A DNA stretch of 64,000 nucleotides from Rhynchobatus australiae (lineage: Eukaryota): assembly GCA_034780895.1 (NCBI GenBank), contig JAUZTB010000066.1, forward strand, positions 13,585,387 through 13,649,386, in the 5' to 3' direction. Shown here piece by piece: positions 27,401-39,400 of this stretch. The notes under the pieces were generated by a model that saw only the letters and a list, made by a program, of their open reading frames with translations, had not been told where the DNA came from and did no database searches. Every line of letters begins with the position of its first letter. Position 1 is the first letter of the stretch. Both the position numbers and the translations under genes were made by a program.

Positions 27401-30400
27401 TAAAAACAATCATATCTGCAGTAGCTTCTCTCTTACAAAACAGACATTAGATTACTCTTACACATTATTGGAAAGGTTTCTTTGTTCTGTTGTAATTTCA
27501 AGGGGTCAGAGGCTATTTGGGGTACATTTGACTTAAAAAATGCACACAGTAAAGCATTTACATTAGTGCCTTCTGAAATGTTAAAAGCTCACAACTGTAA
27601 ACACAGGATAGGTAATGACTATACTTAGTATTAATCTATCATCCCACATTTATTGCATAACAGACCAAACTAGTGACCCTTTTAATCATGAAGAATTTTT
27701 TTTTAAATCACATTTGGATTTTCAATACAGGTATAATTATGCATTTCTATTCTGTCACAAATAGTTTTAGAATGACAGATGCCGTGTGAATACATACAAA
27801 AGAGCAAGAAAGTAAGTTCTGGGGATGTTAATGCAGAAATGTTCATTTTCTCAAATTCAGATATAGTTTTGTGTACCATAACTGAAGGAAATGGGGGTTA
27901 AAATAAAGGATTTTCATGCCAATCAGTACCCACTTGAAGACTAGTAATCACATATATTCTGAAATAAAGACGGAAAATGATGTAATTCCTCAGCAGGTCA
28001 TGAAACATCTGCAGACAGAGAAACAGTAGGCATTTTGGTCTTTGACCTTCCATCAGAACTGGTTAACAACCTGAAATGTTACAAATAAATGTTTCTTCTC
28101 TCCACAGATGTTGCCCAACCTGCTAAACACTGCATCATGTTTTTATTTCAGCAACCCAGATTCAATCCTGACTTCTGGTACTGTGTGGAGTTTGCGTGGG
28201 TTTCCCCGGTGCTTTGGTTTCTTCCCACAGCCCCAAAGATGTGTGGGCTGGCAGGGTAATTAACCACTATAAATTGACCCTAGTGTGTAGGCAAGTGTGA
28301 GGATCTGGTGGCATCAATGGGGGAATAATGGAGGAACTGGAACGCTCTTTGAAATGACAGAATCAATGGGCTGAAAAAGCCTCCTCTGGTGGCATAAAGA
28401 AAAGTGATATGGATTTCCAGAATCTAGTTTTCTTTGGTTTTCAATCATATATATTTGACTCCTCTCTGCTCTAATGTGCCCTAAACCTTCCTTTGCAAGG
28501 ACACTATTCCTTCTGCATCACCACAAATTCCACAACAATGACTCAACAGTGCGAATGGGCTGCACTGTGGGACACTTTGCATCATAAGCCTAAAACTCAC
28601 TAGTGCTCTGGATTGGTAGCTTATGATAGGACCAATAAATGATATAAAAATTTATTCCATCAGTTTGGGCTGGACTTAAATCCAGATTGGCAGGTATACT
28701 AAACTACAGAACTGATAAGCTCCCAAGAATTAAATTTAAGACTATTTTAATTCCAACAACAGGCATTTGGCTTTGCAATCATCATTCATTCACTTCATAG
28801 TAAAGTGATACGAGAGTCCATAAGATATAGGAGCAGAATTAGGCCATTAGCTCAAGTCTGCTCCACCATTCAATCATGGCTGTCTTTATTAAAACCCCCT
28901 TTCTCCTGCCTTCTCCCTGTAACCCTTAACCCCATTACCAATTAAGAACCTATCAATCTCCATCTTAAATGCATCCAATGACTTGGCCTACCAGCAACCA
29001 CATCTGTGGCACAAATTCCACAGATTCACTACCTTTTGGGTGAAGAAATTCCTCATCTCAGTTCTAAAGGGATGTCCCTTTAATCTGAGGCTGTGCCCTC
29101 ATATCCTAGAATCTCCTACTAATGGAAACATCCTCTCTAGGTCCACTCTATCCAGATCATGCAGCACAGAAACAGACCTTTCAACCCTGTGTCCATGCTG
29201 GACATCAAGTACCTACTTATAATAATCTCAGTTTTCAGCACTCAGTCCGTAGCCTTCTATACCATGGTGTTTTAAGTGCACATCTGAATACCTATAAGAT
29301 TTGTAAGAGTATCTGCATCCACAACCCTACAGGTTACACACAGGTTTCAATTTTTCCTTTTGCAGCTGGGTTTGCCACCTACCTGCATTTTGGCATGGAG
29401 AAAATTCTGCCGAAAGCTTCAATGTTTTAAAAACTGCATTTTAACAGACTTCATGAATTAGTTAGTGAAACACTTCCTCATAGGGCACACAGAGAAAATA
29501 AGTAAGGTGGCTTTGGGTTTGAAATGCAGGCTGTGCTGAGTTAGCCAAGGTTTTCAACTAACATCCACTTCTCCCGGACAAAGAGAATTAAACAGCCTAT
29601 ATTCTGCTGTCTACACACAGAGGCTCCTGCTAGAAAGAATGAACATCAGGAAAAGACAGACTTGGCCTCTGTCCAGGCTTATTTGGCAATACCCACAAGA
29701 TGCAGAATATCTGGAAAATTTCACAATTGGAAAAGATAGCTGAAGCTGAGAAGTGGGTATAATCTGGAAAGTTACGGATCTATTAATTTATACAAATGAC
29801 ATTTTTAATTTCTTTTCTTATCTAGCCAGTGTTCAGAGTTCACTTCAGTTTTTTTTATCTCACACCTACATCTGTTAACAGCGTACAAGATCAGGGTCTC
29901 ACAACGCAATCAACAGTCATGCTTTGGAACCTACCATATTTCAAAGATCCTGTACTAAAACATCTCCCAAACAATTCACAACTTGCACAATTAGCACTTG
30001 GAAATTGAACAATCAAGTCAAACAACTTTCAGAGAAATTTAAGCCACCCTTAGACTCAAAGCAAGCCAAAACCAGTTCAGGCAAATAATTACAAAAAAAA
30101 GTAATTCTTACCTTATTTTGTATCTAGCTTTTTAACATGTGTTTGTAGTTATGTTAAATCTCCTTTAAAACCAAAATGTACCTTGTTTGAGCTCTGTGCT
30201 CCAAAGCATTAAACCCAAATAAGCTTTGATTTTTACTTCTCTCTTCCTGTTTTGGTAGCTAGCTTCTATGTTTAGGAACCTGATGAAAAATACCAACAGA
30301 CTGATGAACACAAACGTTTTGAACACTATCCATAATAGAGGCATTAAACTGCCTGAACTCCAGGCAGTTCACTTCCACTCTTGTTCAGCTACCTTCTACA

Positions 30401-33400
30401 CTGTAGTACACACAGAGTTAAATACCACATGTTACTTATCCTCATCAGATAATGGGAAAGTGCTGAACCAAAAGCTTTTCCAAAAATGGATAAGTTTTTC
30501 CAGTCTCCGAAAAGTCTGTTGGCAGCAATAACAAGCACTCCCCACAGTAAGCACATTCCTATCACAGTTCCTTACTAAAACTGCTAATTGATTTTTGGTG
30601 ACCCTTAGACCACTGGTACCACTATTACGCTACATTATATGCTTCCTTTACAAGGGTTTGATACAAAAAATGATTTAAAAGAACATACAAAATGTTTTAA
30701 CAAACATGTTTATATTAAAAAAAACAAGACTGAACTCCTGATTCCAAATAACTGTTTAAAGATGATAATCAGTGTCATAATATTTTAGGCCACCTCTGAC
30801 AAGAGCTACGATGGCACAAGCTGGTTGAATGGGGGTATTACTGAACTTCGTGACACAGAATTAGATCATCTGGTCTATGCTGCCTGTAGATAAGAATGCT
30901 GCAATTGTCTTCAGCATCTGGGAGCTGGAAAATGGACAAAATGGCCATAGAGTTTCTGTGTACAAGGCCTATCCAAGAATACCTGCTGGAAACCATTGAA
31001 ATGCAGACATACAGATGTTCTAAGAGGCTAGGGTCTAATCTTGTCAGATGTTGCTTGAGACATTCATACATAAAATGATTTTGGATGGGTTGGGGAACCA
31101 GGGAATTTTGCTATGGGAAGAAGAGAAAGAAAGGGGTGGGGGAGGGGGGGAGGTCTTCCATGACAGCATCCCTGTTAATACACACAGAAATATTAGACAG
31201 GTTTAAAAATCATACAATTCAACTTGGATTTCATGCATCCTGCATAAGTAACAAATATTTGGATACCAACAATCAAAATTAATTAAAACATGGGCTAAAT
31301 CATGCTTTGTTGAGTGGTAAGCTCAAGAAAGTGCTGAGATATAAGGCTGAATACACTGTTTCTTACCTTTATGCTTGGCATTGATGTACAAATAGTAATA
31401 ATATTCATTTGAACAGTCACCAATCTTCATTAAAATGGTAAATTCTTTATTTTGTTCTATTTTTAATGAGCTAATTTTTTTAAAATTTTCAAATCCACTT
31501 CAATAGCTTTTATGTGTCTCAGTTAGCAATGTGCTGCCAAATGCCATCAGGATAGAGCTGGCAGTGGGGCTTCTAGTTCTGCTTTGAGGCCTGCTCTGCG
31601 TCATGGAAAGTTAGTGCAGTCCTCCAGTTTGGCCCATTCCATGTTGCCACATCTGCTGAATGGACCATGGGATTAGCCTGGCAGTATCACAGCAGGTCAG
31701 ATCAAGCATAATCTAGCCCAAAGATCAATAAGGGAGATAAAAATCTACTTATGGCATACAGCAGACCATCCAGAATGATAACATTTCCAATTATGGGCTT
31801 TTGGCATAAATATGCATCTCTAGATTCAAGAAACATTGCGATCCTGAATAACTGCCTTGCAACTTTTTGTCAACAACGACTAGAAAAGCTTTTCCGATGG
31901 ACTCTCATGATTGCTAACTGTGCATCACACAGCCAAATGTTTAATTTGGAGACTATTGTATTGGTTGAATCAACTCCAGTGTTGATGCATCTGTGAGGTA
32001 TTTTTCTTTGAGCACATTTGATTAAAGACACAAAGGAAGATTAATATTTGCAGCTTTGTATCTTTATTTTACACGTAGGGAAAACATTTGGTTTAGGTTA
32101 CCCTTTTTCCTTCAATAACTAAGCAGCAAAGTCATGGACACCAATCTGCCAATTTTACTTGTGCATCTGCTATAAAATCTCCGTACAGCTTATTCAGGAA
32201 TTATTTTTCTTTCCTCACCAACATTCAGTACACAGTGAAAGTAGACACAAATGCATTTATATCTATAGTGGGATTAAATTGATATATGAAGAGACATGTT
32301 CAAAATCATTAGCAAAGTTTAATGTCGTTTCTTTCTTTCATGCTCCTCCTAGAGTGCTTGCTAGCATGATCAATATGAATAATGCAGAATGGAACACGTC
32401 TGACAAAAAGCACCTGCACAGAGTTCCTGGAGACCACATCTACTCTACTGCAACAATGGACCTTAAGAACATAAAAAAGCAGGCTATTTGTCCTCCAACC
32501 CCTCCATTCAGTAAGATCATATCAGCACCACTAATTTCTCAATTTTTTTTTAAATATCCAAAAATCCATCAACCTGTCATGAAAATAGCAGTGACTGAGT
32601 TTCTACAGTCCTCTTGGGTAGAGGATTCTGAAGATTCATATTGTCTGGAGGAAGTTTCTCCTCATCTCAGTCCTGAATGGCCAGCCCCTTATTTTTGGGC
32701 TGTGCCTATAGCCTTCTCCTGATCTTATTTTATCGTGTTCTAGCCACACCTGGCAGGGGAAACCATCATCCTTCATCTATATAGTCAACCTCTACAAAAG
32801 TTTCAAAAGGCCTCTCAATCTTCTAAACTGGATACTGTCAGGGCAGTATTTCCTCAAAATGAGGGATTTAAAAGTTAACTAACAAAGCATAAAAGTGGAG
32901 TCACATGCGCCCACGTTCCTTTGATCATCAACATGACCCAATCTCTCACCATTCATAATTATTGTGTCTTCATTATATGCAAAGTGGATGAGCTCATTTT
33001 TCCACATTATATGCCATTTGGCATGCTCTCACCCACCGACTTAGATTGCTTATATTCCCTGAAGCGTTTTCATACGATTCTCTGTTATCATAATCCCACC
33101 AAGTTTAATGCCATCTAGAAATTGGAAATATAACATTTGGTCCCCTCTTACAAAAAAGCTGACATGCTCTCAATAGAAACAGAGGTGAAGATTTCTAAAG
33201 AGCAAAATACTGTAGGTGCTGGGAATAAATTAAAAACAGAAGATTCTGGAAATACTCAGGTTACATCTAAGAAGTGAAAAACAAAATTAGTGTTTTGGGT
33301 CTAAGATTTGTCAGATCCAGGGAAAGGCTGACAAGCAGATCTTTAAAAAAAAATGTAGGAGGAAGTACCTTCCAAGGATTTGGGTTTTCATTAGATTTAA

Positions 33401-36400
33401 TCAAAAGGGAATGAATTTTATTTTTAATTGCTCAGCAAAGCATTGGGGTGACGCCAAGGGGATTTTCACTCCCAACATCCAGTTTTGCCACTTTCAGCTT
33501 TGCTCAAAATCCATTACATGCCAAACTTTTCCAGATCAGAAATGAGGACAAAGTGAAGTGTTGACATATCTTTCTTGCCAAAGATGCTGCCCAACACTTC
33601 CAGAAAAGTGTAAAAATTTCAACTTGATTGCACGTAGGTCCCTCACACTAAACAGGTTCCAATTGAACATTATATCTTTTCAATATTGAAAAGATACGTA
33701 GTTTCACATGTATTCCTTGATTTATGAATGCTCTACTTAAAGAAAGATACAGCATGGAAACAGGGCCTTTAGCTCTCAAGTCTGCACTGACAATCAATCA
33801 CCCATTTACTCTAATCCTATCTTAATCCCATTCTTATTCACCCTACATTCTCATCAGCTCCTCTGATTCCACCATATTATGAAATTACAGTAGCCAATTA
33901 ATCTACCAACATTTCTTAGTTTCTTTGTGAACTTACCAATTCAACGGTTCTGATTTATATTGTTCATTGTATAGTACGAGTTTAAAAGGAAGGGCTTCTC
34001 CTTGACACTAAGGGAAAGATTTTCCAGTCTACAAATTGCAGAAACAAAAATCACATGGATTCCAAATGCTCATATTCATGGCTTTACTGGAATGCAGGAG
34101 TACAGAAAATCATCCTGCTTAGTTCACAATAATTTTTAGACACGGGGACCTAGGGAGCCTTTGTTAACAAAGTATAAATCTTTGCCTCAATGCCATTGAC
34201 TCTTTGGGGTATTGTCTTGATTTACAAATCAAACTTTTGCCTCACTAAAGAACATACCTCTCATTGTACCAACATACCTTTTAATGCATTTCAGCCAAGT
34301 TACAAATTTTGCTTAATGAAATACCAAAAATACATGAACTATTGATATACCTGCATCATTCTCACGTCGATCAACTTCATCATAAACATCCATCGCAAGT
34401 TCTTCAAAAAGTCGGTTATTTAGCTGCACATAAAGAAAAGAGAATATATAGCAATTTATAAACTTCAAGCGCTTCTTTTAAAAAGGACTGTCCAAACTGA
34501 AACCAAGCACTTTGGTATTTCATTGATGAGGTTCAAAAGATGGTTTGCCTAAGCTTGCAATAAGCTAACTTATAATTAACAGAGCAAATAGTTGCAACTT
34601 ATTTTAAGCCTTTAGAAGTATATCATTCCTGCTTGAGAAAATTAAAACTTACAACTCTTTTGGTCTGTGAACATAGGCCTGCTTTTCAATCATTTTAATT
34701 ACTGTCTTTAACTTCACCACAGAAGTCCTTGAGATGATGTTTTCTAGTTTGTAGTTCAAGGACAACTGAAAATATTATATGATGTTTTCCCAAGGCCAGT
34801 TTATTGGCTTCAACAGCTTGAAACAGACATTGCTGATCTGCTGATGGCAAAGAAAAACCTTTAGACTCCTGGAGTAGAAGTACACTTACCAACTGTGAGA
34901 ACTATGTTTGTGTGTTATTTTTACTTCTTTCCTACTTCCAAGGATTTGTGCTTTCTTCCAGCTGGTTTATCAAAGGGAATGCATTTCATTTGTATTTCCA
35001 CAGCAGGCATTGTGGCAGGGCACAGGGAGGTTATTGACCTGCTGTCCATTAACAGCTTTATACCGTTTCAGATTTCCAGCTTGTGTTACATTTTGCTTTT
35101 AGCTGCTGTGGGCATAATGCACAACAGGCCTTACAAATATTCACGCAGAGCCCGAATCTGGCAGGACTTTGCCTGCCAAACAGTCTGTACCTCCTAAAAG
35201 GGATGCCTGTCCATTTCCAATTCTGCTGCCATTGCCTGTGTTCCCATGATGCTGCATTGCCTCTTTCTCTCCTCTCTACTGCAAATGCATCCTTTCTTAG
35301 GTATATAGGTTAACACTATACACAATACTCTAGATGTGGTCTCACCATGGCCATATACAATTGCAATGAAGTATTTCTGTATTCAAATCCTTTCATAGTA
35401 AAAGTTAATATACCCATTTGCTTTCCTAATCACTTGTGCAATTGCATGTCAGCCTCAGGTGACCTGTGTACAAGCCAAACTAGATCTCCTTTAACATCAA
35501 CACTACACAATCTCTCACCCTTTCCAAATAATCTCGTGTGCCCAAAAGTGAGTGTCCCCACATTTTTCCACATGGTGTTCTATCCACTTTGTTCTCCCTT
35601 CCCGTTATTCAAAAAGCATAGAATTAATTGGGATCTGAACATTATCTATTGGCTTCTAGTTATAGCTACAAAATAGAGAGAATTATAGAATGAGATTTAC
35701 AAGAAAATACAATGACCCCACCATCTCATGTTATAGAAATAGATTTATTCAATCACTGTAAATCAGTGAATAGTTCCCTTATACGATGAGATGGACTCTT
35801 GACCTCACAATCTACCTTGTTATGACTTTGCACCTTATTGTCTTCCTGCAATGCACTTCCCTGTAGCTGTGACACTTTACTCTGTTATCGTTTTTACCTG
35901 TACTACCTCAATGCACTCTGTACTAACTCAACGTATCTGCACTGTGTAATGAATGGACCTGTACGAACTGTATGCGAGACAAGTTTTTCACCGTACCTCA
36001 GCACAAGTGACAATAATAAACCAATACCAGTGATCTTAAATTAAGATTCTTATTAGGCTCAAAAGGCAATTATATGTGGCCCATTTAGATGTTTTAATAC
36101 ATGGATTTCAAAAGGCTGGACACTTAATAGAAAAGTGGTTTTGGTGCACTTAAATTTTACAAAATGAAACTTTTGGCTTGAATAGATTTACAAAAAACTG
36201 CTACCATTGAGGGCAGGGCATGCACATGTTATTTTCCTTTACATCTTTAGTAACCATCTCAATAGGGAATGTGTCAAAAATGCAGCAGCATGAAAAAAAG
36301 GAAAAAAGTCCCATGGAGAGCCACAGACATTCATAACTCAGATGGCAAGCCTTCAGCTGATACACTGCACTGAGTCTAGGATTAAACTGCTCTGAGCACT

Positions 36401-39400
36401 TGAAATTACCTCTGTTTTCTATATCTACCTCTGATTCAAAGATCTAAATCATTATTTTTTTAAAGAAAAGGCAATGATTACCATCTAGCCATGGAGAATA
36501 TTCTATTTAACTCACTCAGCCTATGGTCTATGTACCTAAAATCAAGAGATCACACAAGTTTATTACCATCACAAAGCAAAAAACTGCAGGTGATGGAAAA
36601 AGTCAGCAGATCAGGCAGCATCTGTGGAGAGAAACAGAATTAACATTGCAAGCTGATGATCAGTTCTGATGAAAAGTCATCATCCTGAAATATCAACTCT
36701 CCCTACCCTGCTGCCTAGCCTGTTGAGTATTGCCAGAATTTTCTCTCAGATTTCTAGAATCTGCAGTTTTTGCCTTTTGTTTACAATCATAGCTTGACAT
36801 AATCAAATACTATTTAAAAATCTTTACCATAAAAATTATTAGCCATCTAAGCTCTGAAATAAGATGCCTACAGCAAACAAAAGCAATCACCAGAAAAAGT
36901 ACTGACTTTACTCAATGTACCATCCAGTGTGACAATGAAATTGTATTATGCAATCTTCTCTGGTGGTGGTAAGAATTTCTGTGCATCTTACGGCTTGGCT
37001 CTAGGGATCCTGATCACTCCCTGGTGTAGCTCGTTAGGAAAGGGGTATGTGCAAATGCTGACAGGATAAGATTAAGCTACAATACTCTTCACCCTCTCAC
37101 TTGCCACAATGACACCCCACTCAATATAAATTCTCATTGGAACAGTGGCTAGTTTGGCACAATACCAAAGGTCACCCATAAAAATCGTGAGAAAAGAAAC
37201 AGACTTAAAATGACAAATGCAGCAATTTTACACATGCCATAATTTCAGTAGATCTTACTGCATGTACAGATAAAAAGTACATTTGGAGTATTTCAAAATA
37301 CATTCCCTTTGAACAAAGTGTAGAAACTCTAGAATCATGGAAGGTGGTTTCTAAGCTAGTCCATGACCAACTGAATGGTGAAGATTCTGCAGTGAAAATA
37401 GTTAAATTGAAATGAATACAGAATAGTTCAATGCAGTTACAAGCAAAATGGAAAACTATACAATTAGGAAATACTCAAACGCAACACACAAAAAGATTCA
37501 AAAGTAATTGAGTTTCAACATCTATTAAATTTCATAAGCCAGCAAGGAAGCTTAAAGCCAAGCTACATGTTAATATATTAAAGTACTGGAAATGAAATAG
37601 CTGCAGCTAAAAAGTATCTAGTTAAATGTTTATCAGTTGTTTCAGATCCCAACTAATAGATTTGTGCAGATATGGCATTTTCTGTTTATTGCTCCAATTT
37701 CAACATTTATGCTATCCATAAAGGAAATTTCAATATACATGGGTAATAATTTGTTAATATTTTCACATGTCCAGCAGTCAAGAATAAAAATATTCATAAT
37801 AATTCACAAGTATTGTTTATTCATAACTTACTGCTTGAAGTTTCTTTTTGGCTGCCTTAGCCAGTTCTGACAAGTCCAAGCTACTGAAGAGAAACATGAA
37901 AAACAAAACTCAGGAACTAGGTCAATAAAGCATACATCTATAACAATATTAACTTTCACTTGGAACCTGGTACAAATGCTCAAGATGAATCAGTGGCTCT
38001 ATAAAACTGTTCATTACAGATACAAAGAAATTTAGATTACAAGGGACTGAAACCAACTGGAGATAAAGCAATGTCACAAAACTTAATTTTGTTAGGTTTT
38101 CTTTGCAAAGAGTGAGACTTAAGAGATGGAGTTATGGTTACCCCTTGGTTCTGAAACTGGAATACTAAGAAATGGTGCTACTCGACTGCCATTTTATTCA
38201 ATGACAACCTACAACCTGATATCATGAGAACAGCAGTCACTGTCAGTAGAATCCTGCTAATAACATACTGCTTTGCTGACCGGTTCAATCTGTTACCTAT
38301 ACATTTACAATAAATTAGTTTTAAAAGTACCATGCATTGTCTGTGCACTTAGTTAAGGTGAACAAGATTTTAGCTTAAATACTGCCCCAAGGTAAACAGG
38401 ACATACATCTTGAAAGTATTTCTTTTCACATATATCCATATAATAATCCATCAGATCAGGTGTTTATAATTTTGTGTACAGTTTACACATTATCTGCGAC
38501 CATATGGGTTTCATTCCACTTCCCAAAGATGTGCATGTCGATCAGTTAATTGGCCACCGCGAAATGCCGTGTGTGTGTGTATGTGTTGTGGGGAGAGGAG
38601 AGGGGAGTTGACGAGAATATGGAGAGAATAAAAAAAATTGAGATTAATTTAGGAAAAAAGTGTAAAGGGGCGACTGATGGTCACCACGGACTTGGTGGGC
38701 TGAAGGGTCTATTTCTGTGCTGTGTGATTCTATGACACATTAATTTGTTGATCCAGAGAGGGAGTTCCTTGTGTTAACTGTGAATTGTGTAAGGACACAC
38801 AACAAACACATCCCCAAATTACACATGCTCAATTTCCCAGAAAAGGGAGAAAGGAAAGAGAAGATTTTGCATGTCAACTAACTTGTCCAATTGACCAATG
38901 TAGAATAACTCGAAATAGTAATAATGATCATTCCAAAAATGAATAAAGTGCAATCTGGAAAGTAATCATTTAAAATTAAATACATGGAGAGAAATTATCA
39001 AGCCATTACTTAAATTACTGAACTGGTTTGAGTCAAGAATCTATTGAAGTGTCTGTATGGTATCCTTTACACTAATATAAAATTATAGGGAAGAGATCGC
39101 TTGAAATATGGGCTCCATGCACATAAGTGTAACTAGAAATCTAAAGAACAATGTATGAAATCAGCATATTTATCCAAATTATACACCATTTTGTTCTGAA
39201 TTTTGCTTACTTGAATACAAATATCCTTTCTTTATGAGCAGAGCAAACAGCATATGTTGTATGTTCCTGAAATCACAAAACTGATGGNNNNNNNNNNNNN
39301 CAACAACTGAGGGAAGATATGGCGTTTGGAGATAGCAAGTGAAGGATTATGGAACAGTTCAAACAAATTTTGGAGCAAGTCAAAAAGGGTCATCTAATCT

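Noticed and set aside
32159-32722. 187-aa plus-strand ORF
   Set aside because: No recognisable domain; second half is antisense CR1 remnant.
34884-34900. Possible 3-nt microexon cacag|TTG|gtaagt
   Set aside because: No pyrimidine tract or UGC, falls inside the conserved LQA|LNN junction, and about one such match is expected by chance in 60 kb.
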